A stretch of 64,000 nt of DNA from a virus: positions 1 to 64,000 of IMG/VR virus record IMGVR_UViG_3300031456_000002. One strand, 5' to 3'. Positions 19,901 to 28,836 of the stretch are shown one piece after another. The position numbers were made by a program, and so were the translations under genes. Under the pieces are notes generated by a model. The model was not told the DNA's origin, did not search any database, and was given only the letters and a program-made list of their open reading frames with translations. Positions within the stretch are counted from its first letter, which is position 1; each line of letters starts with the position of its first letter.

Positions 19901-20478
19901 ATGATAGCGGATTTAAGTGTATGTATTTTATCGCATGTAAAGGAGACGAACCAATATGTAGAATATCTGGATGTAGTGATGTTATCCATATAAACGGTAT
20001 AGGCGGATATGGACTTGGTGGCATTCGTAAGCATATGGAACAGCCCAGGTTCCCCACTGATTGGTCAATTGATTGCTTGAAAACAAGTGGCCTACTGAGA
20101 TTATTTACATCCGGCAAGTTACAATCTGGTACTGCACTTTCTTCATTTGAAATATTTTCCGTACCAAAAATAGATTCACCCACACTACCTAAATAAATTA
20201 ATGTTATGCAAATAAAAGGATTAATGAGGCTTTTCAGAGTTGATACGGGGACACCAGATGCAGGAGCAGGATATATTTCTTTTGGCAGCAGTAATAAACA
20301 ATACTTCGTTGTTGCAAATGGCTATCAAGATGCAGTAGATAAGGCAATAAATTTTATCCTAAATTTTAATCATGAAAAAAGTGTCGTAGATTCAGACGGT
20401 AGCCTATCGCAATATGCATCAACGGGGGAAATTCAGATAAAATCCGTCCATTTAGTTACAGAAGAATTGATATACTAA
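16963..20478 (+). other. array of small hypothetical genes
   Basis: About 12 packed plus-strand ORFs. Confidence 0.6.
19418..19765 (+). CDS. winged-helix DNA-binding protein
   Basis: FLRGDVLTIKTAFRDYGVSNLPREASR...YRL resembles a phage wHTH family. Confidence 0.5.
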   Translation: MNATTAIGLAFLRGDVLTIKTAFRDYGVSNLPREASRCIEKKFGLKLAKVKKTGKSRFGIPCYWNEYRLPDTLYNKPGRAKLIDYCQKHIGSMTTCKTEKERTVFVQQSLFLETL

Positions 20479-20601
20479 TCCCGCGAAATAATTTTTGAAA
20501 AACCAAAGTACAATAACCCAGTACCATTCAATTTCCTATTTTATAAAATATATTTGGTAGGGTAATTAATACGGATTATTATTGTGGAATAAATAACCTT
20601 A

Positions 20602-20793
20602 ATGAGGAAATACAGAACGAAGCATATTTCTATTCTCAAGGAGGAATATGATAAATACATGGACGCCTTAACCCAGGCAGACTATAACAAAAGCAAAGCC
20701 GCAAAGTTGCTTCATATAGATCGAAAGACCTTCTATAACAAGTTTCGAAAGTTTAAAGAAGCTGGATTGCATCCAACTAAACAGATAGCATAA
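20602..20793 (+). CDS. Fis-family HTH protein
   Basis: ALTQADYNKSKAAKLLHIDRKTFYNKFRKF matches the HTH_8 signature. Confidence 0.85.
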   Translation: MRKYRTKHISILKEEYDKYMDALTQADYNKSKAAKLLHIDRKTFYNKFRKFKEAGLHPTKQIA

Positions 20794-20824
20794 CCCTATT
20801 TTTAGACAGATTCAATCCTGTACA

Positions 20825-21250
20825 ATGGCAAGTAGGTTAACTTTAACTCGTAGAGAAAAACGTTCTGTTATCGATAAAAATCCGTTCTGTGTTTATTGTG
20901 GAAACAATGAATATGATGGATTGGTCCTGGAACATATATATCCATTTTCATTAGGGGGAAGCAATAGCTTAAATAACATTACAATATCATGCGGGAAGTG
21001 TAATTCCCATAAACACAATTACACTATCAATGAGTTTATTAATGTGATTATTCGGAAGCGGAATAGTATACTAAATGAAACATACAAACACATTCACAAT
21101 CTCAGGAGTTTAAGGGCCGGCTGCCCCTTACATTATCAGCATAGCGAGTATTCTATTTGCAAGAAAATCAAAAAGGCTAGGTTTTACCATTCTTATTATA
21201 CTCGTATTATATCGGCTATTAATAAAAATAAGTATCAAATATTTAATTAA
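20825..21250 (+). CDS. HNH endonuclease (McrA-like Zn finger)
   Basis: CVYCG...LEHIYPFSLGGSNSLNNITISCGKCNSHK. Confidence 0.85.
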   Translation: MASRLTLTRREKRSVIDKNPFCVYCGNNEYDGLVLEHIYPFSLGGSNSLNNITISCGKCNSHKHNYTINEFINVIIRKRNSILNETYKHIHNLRSLRAGCPLHYQHSEYSICKKIKKARFYHSYYTRIISAINKNKYQIFN

Positions 21251-21789
21251 TGGCAAAAAGATTCTCCGATACCGAAATATGGTCAGAAGATTGGTTCCTT
21301 GAAATGCCGAATGAGTATAAGTTGTTTTGGTTTTATATGCTATCCAATTGCGATCATGCTGGTCTTTTTAAAGTAAACTTGAGGTCTTTTAGTAGTCTTT
21401 TAGAGGTCAAATTGACCACAACCGAGGCTCTAAGGCTATTCAATTCTGGCAAAGATCGAATCAGGATTATTAATCCATCACTTTGGTTTGTCGAGGATTT
21501 CTTTGTATATCAATATGGGCCGACATTCAATACCAACAACAGACTCCATGAGAGCATAGAGAAGATATATGACAAGTATGGCATTGAATTGACCTCAATT
21601 AGAGGTGTTTTAGACCTCAAGCATGGGGTCAAGGATAAGGATAAGGATAAGGATAAGGATAGTTTAACTGAACCAAAAACCAAAAAACAAAAATATATCA
21701 ATGGAACCGAACCCGTCAACAATTTTAAGGCACAATCGGAAAATCTATTTGCTGGCCGAATGGCCAAAAGAAAAAATGAAACTGACTGA
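21250..21789 (+). CDS. phage replication initiator-like protein
   Basis: MAKRFSDTEIWSEDWF...KLFWFYMLSNCDHAG N-terminus and a KDKDKDKD linker. Confidence 0.7.
   Translation: MAKRFSDTEIWSEDWFLEMPNEYKLFWFYMLSNCDHAGLFKVNLRSFSSLLEVKLTTTEALRLFNSGKDRIRIINPSLWFVEDFFVYQYGPTFNTNNRLHESIEKIYDKYGIELTSIRGVLDLKHGVKDKDKDKDKDSLTEPKTKKQKYINGTEPVNNFKAQSENLFAGRMAKRKNETD
21381..21700. repeat. iteron-like GAGGTC repeats inside the initiator gene (candidate origin)
   Basis: GAGGTC at 21381 and 21403, GACCTC at 21591 and 21613 (each pair 22 bp apart). These are followed by (AAGGAT)x5 at 21631-21660 and an A-rich tract. Confidence 0.5.
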
Positions 21790-22192
21790 GTTAGAAAAAC
21801 TAATAATTGAAGCCCGGTTAGATGGGCAAAGTTTTTCATTAATGGATGAAGTAAACCAAAGGCATAGTTGTGATCAGATTATGTTAAAGGGGGCTGCTAT
21901 AAGTGGTTGTTCGCTTCCGCAAACCGATTTCTTTGCGGAAATTATTTCTAATCAAATATGTGAATTTATTGTCAAATTCGGGTATGGTGAATTGACTTTG
22001 AATGAGATTATTCTTGCACTTCAAATGAATGCTAAAATAGGCTTGCGTTATCCTTCGGGCGCGGAAGTAGAACAAAGCGTATTCATTGGCAATTGTTTTC
22101 ATGTAGATTTCTTGGGAAAGGTGTTGTATAACTACATGTCACTTAGGAATTTATTAGATAATAAATTCAAAAACGTAATTGACGGATATTAA
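21776..22192 (+). CDS. replication-associated hypothetical protein (possible helicase loader)
   Basis: Sits between the initiator and primase-helicase genes and overlaps both. Confidence 0.4.
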   Translation: MKLTELEKLIIEARLDGQSFSLMDEVNQRHSCDQIMLKGAAISGCSLPQTDFFAEIISNQICEFIVKFGYGELTLNEIILALQMNAKIGLRYPSGAEVEQSVFIGNCFHVDFLGKVLYNYMSLRNLLDNKFKNVIDGY

Positions 22193-24306
22193 TGAATTGT
22201 CAAGATTTACATAGCATCGAAGGTTTGCAGTTTATGCCCGTAAAGGCTAATAAACAACCAATTATAAAGGGATGGCAGACTTCTGCCGAAAAGCATGATT
22301 TAAGTAATTGCACGGCAGTTGGCTTAGTGTGCGGTAAGCTCTCTGGTAACCTAGAAGTTATCGATATCGATCTCAAGTATGATTTAACCGGTAAGATTTA
22401 TGATACATATAAAAGACTGATCAATGAGATAGATAACACTTTACTAAACAGACTGGTAGTTCAACAAACTAAGAGCGGAGGCTACCATTTTTTGTATCGC
22501 TGCCAGGTCATTGCTGGGAATCTTAAGTTAGCCAATCGGGTTACTACCGAACAGGAACGACAAGAAACATATCAAGACGCCTACAAAAATGAACTTTCAA
22601 AAAGCACGCCCGACGATAAAGCGAAGGCAATAGCCGCCAAGGCGTCTGAAAACGACAAGGTTCGCGTATTGTTTGAAACAAGGGGCGAAGGCGGCCAAAT
22701 AGTTTGCCATCCTACAAGCGGCTATAAAATCGTTTACGGGGATTTTTATTCTATTTCTGAGATTACAACAGATCAGAGGGATATACTTCATGGAATTGCG
22801 CGGCAGTTTAACGAAGTCATCGAGGAAGAGGCTATTCCGCTAAAGAAAATGGTTTTTGACCGCAAGACGGGGGGGCTTTCGGTTTTTGATGATTATAACT
22901 TGCGTGGGGATGTTTGTGTATTGCTGCAAGAGCATGGCTGGAAGTTCGTTTCTCAGAAGGGTCAAAAGTCAGTATTCTTGCGACCTGGTCAAGCCACATC
23001 TCAAACCAGCGGCAATTTCGATCATGCTAAAAATTGGTTTAGCGTATTTACTACCAGCACTGAATTTGAGCCACAAAAAGCCTATTTGCCCTATGCAGTA
23101 TTCGCTGTGCTTGAATGCAATAAAGACTATTCAGCAGCCCACAAAAGGTTGTTAGAATTGGGATATGGCGACAAGCCAGAAGAAAAAAAGAAGGAGACGG
23201 AAAGCACCAGGGCCATAAAATCGCGCATTAATCCAGAAGATGGGGATTTATCTTTTTTGGCAAAATCGGTAGACTATGATGAATACCTGCAACAAGTTCG
23301 TGACGGGACTTTAAAACAAGGATTAACTACCGGCAGCCCATATTTAGATGAATTTTTTCTATTCAAAGAAGGCAATTTGGTAATGACCAATGGGCACGAT
23401 AACACAGGAAAGTCTGTTTTTACTTGGTGGTTGCTTTTACTGGCTGCAATGTATCATGGATGGAGAGGGATAATATTTTCTAGTGAAAATACATTGGGAG
23501 CTTTCATGCGAAAAATGATTCAGTTTTATTGGGGAAAATCATTATATGGTAAGTTCGCCATGAATGATACCGAATATCAGATAGCAAAAACATTCATAGA
23601 AAAACATTTTTCGTTAATAAAAGCGCAAGAGGATTTATACAACTACAAGGATATTATCAACATGGTTAAGAAGGCAAGGAAATCATCTAAGTATGATTAC
23701 GGAATGATTGATCCTTACAACTCTCTAAAGATAGATTTAAGCGGCTTTAGTAAACTATCAACGCATGAATATCACTACGAAGCATTGAGCGAAATAAAAT
23801 CATATGGTCAACAAAATAATTTTGGATGGTTCGTAAATCACCACGCAGTTACAGCAGCATTAAGGGCTAAGGATGGCGAAAAGAAATATCCGGTAGCGCC
23901 TCAAAAGGCAGATACGGAGGGCGGCGGGAAGGTGAGTAATAAAGCCGACGATTTTATAACCATACATCGCATAACACAACACCCTACCGATTGGATGGTA
24001 ACGGAATTACACGTAAGAAAAATAAAAGATACCGAAACTGGTGGTAGAATAACATCAATTGATAACCCGGTAAAGTTTGAGATGTATAAAGGTGGGTGTG
24101 CTTTTATTGAACGTCGGGAAGATGGGCTAAGAAATATTGATCCTATATATCAGTGGCATTTGAATAACGGGTCAGTGCAGCAAGAGTTATATGAATCGAC
24201 AAAGGAATTGACAAGACCATCTAATGGTCATTCTAAAGTTGTTGATATAAATGGATGGATGCCTTTTAAAGACAAAGATTTAGAAACAGACGAAGATCCT
24301 TTTTAA
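22192..24306 (+). CDS. bifunctional primase-polymerase fused to an SF4 (DnaB/T7 gp4-like) helicase
   Basis: N-terminal Prim-Pol motifs VIDID, TKSGGYHF and ETRGEGG. Helicase Walker A GHDNTGKS, MIDPYN, GGGK..NKADDFITIHR and VRKIK. Confidence 0.85.
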   Translation: MNCQDLHSIEGLQFMPVKANKQPIIKGWQTSAEKHDLSNCTAVGLVCGKLSGNLEVIDIDLKYDLTGKIYDTYKRLINEIDNTLLNRLVVQQTKSGGYHFLYRCQVIAGNLKLANRVTTEQERQETYQDAYKNELSKSTPDDKAKAIAAKASENDKVRVLFETRGEGGQIVCHPTSGYKIVYGDFYSISEITTDQRDILHGIARQFNEVIEEEAIPLKKMVFDRKTGGLSVFDDYNLRGDVCVLLQEHGWKFVSQKGQKSVFLRPGQATSQTSGNFDHAKNWFSVFTTSTEFEPQKAYLPYAVFAVLECNKDYSAAHKRLLELGYGDKPEEKKKETESTRAIKSRINPEDGDLSFLAKSVDYDEYLQQVRDGTLKQGLTTGSPYLDEFFLFKEGNLVMTNGHDNTGKSVFTWWLLLLAAMYHGWRGIIFSSENTLGAFMRKMIQFYWGKSLYGKFAMNDTEYQIAKTFIEKHFSLIKAQEDLYNYKDIINMVKKARKSSKYDYGMIDPYNSLKIDLSGFSKLSTHEYHYEALSEIKSYGQQNNFGWFVNHHAVTAALRAKDGEKKYPVAPQKADTEGGGKVSNKADDFITIHRITQHPTDWMVTELHVRKIKDTETGGRITSIDNPVKFEMYKGGCAFIERREDGLRNIDPIYQWHLNNGSVQQELYESTKELTRPSNGHSKVVDINGWMPFKDKDLETDEDPF

Positions 24307-24308
24307 TT

Positions 24309-24974
24309 ATGGCAAAAGCTAAAAAAGAGAAGAAAGAACCAAGACTTAGAAAAGGGGCTACGGATTTTGTCGGCAGGCGATTCGGTAGATTAGTGGTATT
24401 ATCAGAAGCCCCACGGCGAATAACTCCAAGCGGCTATAAAGTTAGAATAATGAATGTTTTGTGTGATTGTGGAACTCATAAGGAGATTCATTTGCAAAGC
24501 CTGAAAAATGGCCAGACGGTTAGTTGTGGTTGTCGAATGCGCGAGGTAGGATATGAAATTAAAAAACATGGATTATCAAATCATCCATTATATACAGTTT
24601 GGAATGGAATGAATAGGCGTTGTTCAGAGCCATCATTTAAAGATTATAATTTATATGGTGGTCGTGGAATAGATGTTTGTGAAAAATGGAAGACAGATTT
24701 TAAATCGTTTTATGATTGGGCGATAAAGAATGGGTGGCAAAAAGGACTTCATGTGGATAGGAGAAAAGCTGATGGCAATTATTGTCCTTCTAATTGTCGA
24801 ATAGTCACTCCAAAGCAAAACGCTAATAATAAACGCAATACTAGATTTTTTGAAATAAATGGGGTGCGCAGGTCACTTTCTGAATGGTGTGAAAAATATG
24901 GAGTTTCTATTAAAAATACGGGGAAACGCCTGAGAAATGGCCATAATATTAAATCAGCCTTGAAGATTAAATAA
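24309..24974 (+). CDS. HNH homing endonuclease
   Basis: GRRFGRLVVL, CDCG, SCGC, YGGRGIDVC and VDRRKADGNYCPSNCR. Confidence 0.85.
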   Translation: MAKAKKEKKEPRLRKGATDFVGRRFGRLVVLSEAPRRITPSGYKVRIMNVLCDCGTHKEIHLQSLKNGQTVSCGCRMREVGYEIKKHGLSNHPLYTVWNGMNRRCSEPSFKDYNLYGGRGIDVCEKWKTDFKSFYDWAIKNGWQKGLHVDRRKADGNYCPSNCRIVTPKQNANNKRNTRFFEINGVRRSLSEWCEKYGVSIKNTGKRLRNGHNIKSALKIK

Positions 24975-25301
24975 ATGAAAAAAAAGAAATCTATTCCCGA
25001 GCCATTTTGGAACGAACAGGTTGGAATTTTTTTTGAGTTTACAAAGTCAAAATTCCATGACGCGCCTTCTTTTGATAATTCCGCGCCACGTGATTTGAAA
25101 AGCATTTTGATTACGCTTCGTAAACGTGCAGAAGATAAGGCAGTTGAGTGGACTTATGAAGTAGCAACAAGTAGATTCCGGCACTTCTTAGAGTGCGCTT
25201 ACATGGATAAATGGCTGGCCGAAAACTGGTTGCTTATGAATATAAACAGACAAAAGGATCGGATATTTTTTGCTATAACCAAACAATATTTAAGCAGATG
25301 A
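24975..25301 (+). CDS. hypothetical protein
   Basis: 108-aa ORF abutting its neighbours. Confidence 0.55.
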   Translation: MKKKKSIPEPFWNEQVGIFFEFTKSKFHDAPSFDNSAPRDLKSILITLRKRAEDKAVEWTYEVATSRFRHFLECAYMDKWLAENWLLMNINRQKDRIFFAITKQYLSR

Positions 25302-25619
25302 TGTGTTCTAATTGCATGGAAGAAAACGAATCAGTGGTTATGGTTTGCGAGGCTAGGGATTACAAAGTTTGTGATAAATGTGTTGTGACATATGGCAAGA
25401 ATCGGGATGGAGTTACATTCTTTCCAGATGAAGAGGTCATATTGAAGGATGGCGGTAATTTCAAGATATTAAAAGACAGACTGCTAATCATAAAAGGAAT
25501 TTATATTTTTGAAGAATGCGAAAGCGGTAGAATGGTATGGTTAAAGGATAAAGAAACAGATAAGCCATTAAAAAACATTTTTGATATAAACTGGTTAATT
25601 AAAATTAAAAACTAAAATT

Positions 25620-25976
25620 ATGAACCAATCTTTTTATGGCAGCATTGATGTTACTAGATTTCTGGAAGAACTAAAAGCGAAGCATTCCGGCTTTTACAAA
25701 GGCAATAACGGAAAAGTTTACGCTAATTGCCAAGTATGGCTGAACGACCAACCCGATAAGTTCGGGAACGTGGTATCGATTAAAATAAATCCATCAAAAG
25801 ATAAAAAGGATATTGAGAAAGCCTTTTACTTGGGCAACCTTAAGAAGTCAGACGGCCCCAAACCAATCGGAGATAACGACATAGTGGATATTAATTTAGA
25901 CGAAGTTGATCCACTGCCACATCAACAAAATCTAAACCCGCCATCGTCAGCAGAAGTAGACGATTTGCCATTTTAA
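25620..25976 (+). CDS. ssb: single-stranded DNA-binding protein
   Basis: OB-like body and an acidic C-terminal tail ending DDLPF. Confidence 0.7.
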   Translation: MNQSFYGSIDVTRFLEELKAKHSGFYKGNNGKVYANCQVWLNDQPDKFGNVVSIKINPSKDKKDIEKAFYLGNLKKSDGPKPIGDNDIVDINLDEVDPLPHQQNLNPPSSAEVDDLPF

Positions 25977-26015
25977 ACATTCCATGTAATAGAATACTTT
26001 TTAAATAACAAACAA

Positions 26016-26261
26016 ATGAAATCCATAAAACTAACACCAAAAGAAAAAGAGATATTCGAGGCGCTTGCTGGCAGCCCCGGTGGGCATCTTTACAAACATG
26101 TAAAGCCAACCGGCCTCGTTTGTTACCGACTCTTGGACAAGGATCGGAATCCGCTGCACAATTTCCGGGAGAACGCAGTGTAGCGATTGATTGAGAAGGG
26201 CGTTTTAGATATAGACGGAACGGGCATAGTTACAAAAGCATCTATTGATATTAAAAACTAA
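26016..26261 (+). pseudogene. small winged-helix-like ORF interrupted by an in-frame TAG at codon 56
   Basis: MKSIKLTPKEKEIFEAL...NAV*RLIEKGVLDIDG...; the TAG is at 26181-26183. Confidence 0.45.
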
Positions 26262-26268
26262 CAACAAC

Positions 26269-26505
26269 ATGAACAATCGGTTATTCGCATTATTCGTTAT
26301 TGGATTTATGGGGTTAATGGCTTTCCAGGAACACCAGCAAGTTAAGTCCGTGAAAATAACACTAACAGTTCCGGAGGCTGAGACAGTGGTAACGGCCCTC
26401 TCTAAACTACCCTACGATCAAAGCGCCGGGATCATTCAAAAAATAATCTCACAAGCTAACACGCAATTAGCAGATACTACTATCTCTAAACCCAAAAAGA
26501 ATTAG
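26269..26505 (+). CDS. signal-peptide-bearing small coiled-coil protein resembling phage fibre-associated chaperones
   Basis: Signal MNNRLFALFVIGFMGLMAF|Q, then LTVPEAETVVTALSKLPY..SAGIIQKIISQA. Confidence 0.55.
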   Translation: MNNRLFALFVIGFMGLMAFQEHQQVKSVKITLTVPEAETVVTALSKLPYDQSAGIIQKIISQANTQLADTTISKPKKN

Positions 26506-26507
26506 CA

Positions 26508-26741
26508 ATGACTCATACAATAGATGTAGTAGAAGGACTATTGGAATTATTGAAAAGCGGTCGTAAATCATTCTTAGTATTGAAAGATGATAGGAACTAC
26601 ATAGTTAATGATACCATAGTATTCCAGGTACTAGCCGATCGAAAAGAATTGAAAATGTCCATTGATTACTTGGAAGTAGAAGTCCCTGGATTAAAAAATG
26701 GATTCATTATCTTGGGCCTGAAAGAAATTGTAAACGATTAA
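26508..26741 (+). CDS. ASCH/DUF3850-like protein
   Basis: SGRKSF...DDRNYIVND...GLKNGFIILGL. Confidence 0.65.
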   Translation: MTHTIDVVEGLLELLKSGRKSFLVLKDDRNYIVNDTIVFQVLADRKELKMSIDYLEVEVPGLKNGFIILGLKEIVND

Positions 26742-27430
26742 AATGGTCAATAATGAATTTCGATAAACCAAAAGTGACTATTGATCTGGAAGAATACAAT
26801 TATCTGAAACAATTAGAGCAAGAAAAGCAGATTGATCCAGGGAAATGGGCAATAGCCGCAAAGAAAATTTTATGGTATTCTATGATTGCGGCACATAGTC
26901 GTCATTTGACCCCTGATGATTTAAAGAAAACGCTTCATAAAGAAGGTATAATGTATTACACAAATCCAAGTAGCTCCGCATTCAACACATGGGAAAGTTT
27001 AGGCATAAAATTGGAAGACCCAAAGCCATAAAATAATTAATGATGAAAACACAATTAAAACTATTCAAGTTGTTTTTAAAATGCATTTGCTGTGAACTAA
27101 AGAACGGACATTCTATAAAAAATGGAGTTTCCCTTTATAAAAAAATTACATACTTAATGACTAGGAGTGCGCCAACTGGAATATGTCTTGATATAGATAC
27201 ATTAGAAAACCTCAACTTAAACAATCAATAATGGAAGACATACAACCCAAGTCAACCCGTACCTACGAAGAATGGAAAGAAGCATTAATCCAGACTATAC
27301 ATAATGGAACCGGAACGCCAGTCGAAGAAATCGAAATCAACGACGAACTCATTCGGCCAAAATACGAAGATGCGCTCTCCCCTTTCGCTGTCTATCTGGA
27401 AAATTATAGAAATAAATAAAGAAACAATCG

Positions 27431-28075
27431 ATGGAAATAAGACCCAGAACCTGCGTCATTTGCTCAAACGAGGCTCCGCATAGGCTCACGAAGGGCCATA
27501 CGCTGTATTATCAGTGCGAGAGTTGCCGTACACTATTCAGTGATCCTCTTTCGCAAGATGGGCTTTGTGGGGGCCAGCATGAGGCTGGTAGGGCACTTCA
27601 AAATGATATTCGCTTGGATCGAATCAAAACCATGACCCGGGGAATGAAGAAAGAGGATATACGGATATTGGATTTTGGCTGTGGAAATTTTATGCTAGGT
27701 AAATACCTGCAAGATAAAGGCTATGACGTAATGGGATATGACGCATACAATGAGGAATATAGTCGATTGCCGGAGAAAAATAAGTATCACATTTGCCTTT
27801 GTATCGAATGCGTGGAACACCTATCATCACCCTTCATTGAATTGGATGTAATGCACCGATCCTTAGTAGAAGGAGGGCTATGTTATTTTGAAAGTGGATT
27901 TATTAATATAGCAATAAGAGATAATATACAACTCGAAGATTATCTATATGTTAATCCAGATGCCGGCCACGCTACTGTGTTTTCTCACCACGGGCTTGAT
28001 TTGTTACTCCAAATAAAAGGCTTTCTTCCTAAACGGCATTTTGATGACAATACGCGGTTGTATCGTAAAATATAA
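27431..28075 (+). CDS. class I SAM-dependent methyltransferase with N-terminal Zn finger
   Basis: CVIC...CESC, ILDFGCGN, GYDAY and ECVEHL. Confidence 0.85.
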   Translation: MEIRPRTCVICSNEAPHRLTKGHTLYYQCESCRTLFSDPLSQDGLCGGQHEAGRALQNDIRLDRIKTMTRGMKKEDIRILDFGCGNFMLGKYLQDKGYDVMGYDAYNEEYSRLPEKNKYHICLCIECVEHLSSPFIELDVMHRSLVEGGLCYFESGFINIAIRDNIQLEDYLYVNPDAGHATVFSHHGLDLLLQIKGFLPKRHFDDNTRLYRKI

Positions 28076-28080
28076 TTTCA

Positions 28081-28200
28081 TACCTTAGTGCTACTTATCA
28101 CTTCCATCATGCAAAAATCATTTTTACATATAATTCCCGGCATAGTCGCATCCTACCTTCATGGTGGCGGTGATAAGTCTTCTATGTCCGGGATTTATGT
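28081..28200 (+). promoter_or_regulatory. promoter plus structured leader RNA of the HNH gene
   Basis: TACCTTAG at 28081. Segment 28093-28111 is complementary to 28160-28178, which lies in the loop of hairpin 28135-28145/28182-28193. Confidence 0.55.
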
Positions 28201-28203
28201 TTT

Positions 28204-28836
28204 ATGGCAAAAATAACGCATGGATTATCTAAACATCCTTTGATGGGGATATGGCACGGCATTAAGTGCAGATGTTATACTAAATCAGCAAATGGATATC
28301 CGAGATACGGGGGCACCGGAGTTAAAATGTGCGCAGAATGGAAGGATGATTTTAAGGCATTTTACGATTGGGCTATTGCGAATGGATGGCGAAAGGGACT
28401 ACAAGTGGATAAAGATATTAAGGCAGCTTTGCTAAAAGTAGAGCCTAATTTATATTCTCCCGAAAGATGCAGTATAGTTACCGCTAAATTAAATGGGAAT
28501 TCTAAAAAAAGCAATAGAATATTAGAATTTAACGGTGAAAAATTAACCATTTCGCAATGGGCTGATAAGACGGGAATTCCTAGAAATGCTATACGAATGA
28601 GAATAGAGTCACATGGGTTTACTATATCAGAAGCGCTTACTTTGCCATTAGGGAAGGTGAGGGACATGAAATCAAGAAGTAAGCAAATAGAATTCAACGG
28701 AATTACAAAAAGCTTAATTGAATGGAGTTTAATTACGGGAGTACAAAGAAAAACGTTGGGGCATAGATTAACAAAAGGGTGGTCAATAGAAAAAGCATTA
28801 ACTACAATAACAGGGAAAACAGGCAAGAAGAAATGA
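28204..28836 (+). CDS. HNH-type homing endonuclease with C-terminal DNA-binding repeats
   Basis: HGLSKHPL..W..IK.RC, YGG.GV.MC.EW and QVDKDI...YSPERC, plus two FNG..KSL.EWS repeats. Confidence 0.8.
   Translation: MAKITHGLSKHPLMGIWHGIKCRCYTKSANGYPRYGGTGVKMCAEWKDDFKAFYDWAIANGWRKGLQVDKDIKAALLKVEPNLYSPERCSIVTAKLNGNSKKSNRILEFNGEKLTISQWADKTGIPRNAIRMRIESHGFTISEALTLPLGKVRDMKSRSKQIEFNGITKSLIEWSLITGVQRKTLGHRLTKGWSIEKALTTITGKTGKKK

Noticed and set aside
21631-21660. (AAGGAT)x5 as a phase-variable microsatellite or CRISPR-like repeat
   Set aside because: It is an in-frame hexamer encoding the KDKDKD linker typical of phage initiators, with no spacers.
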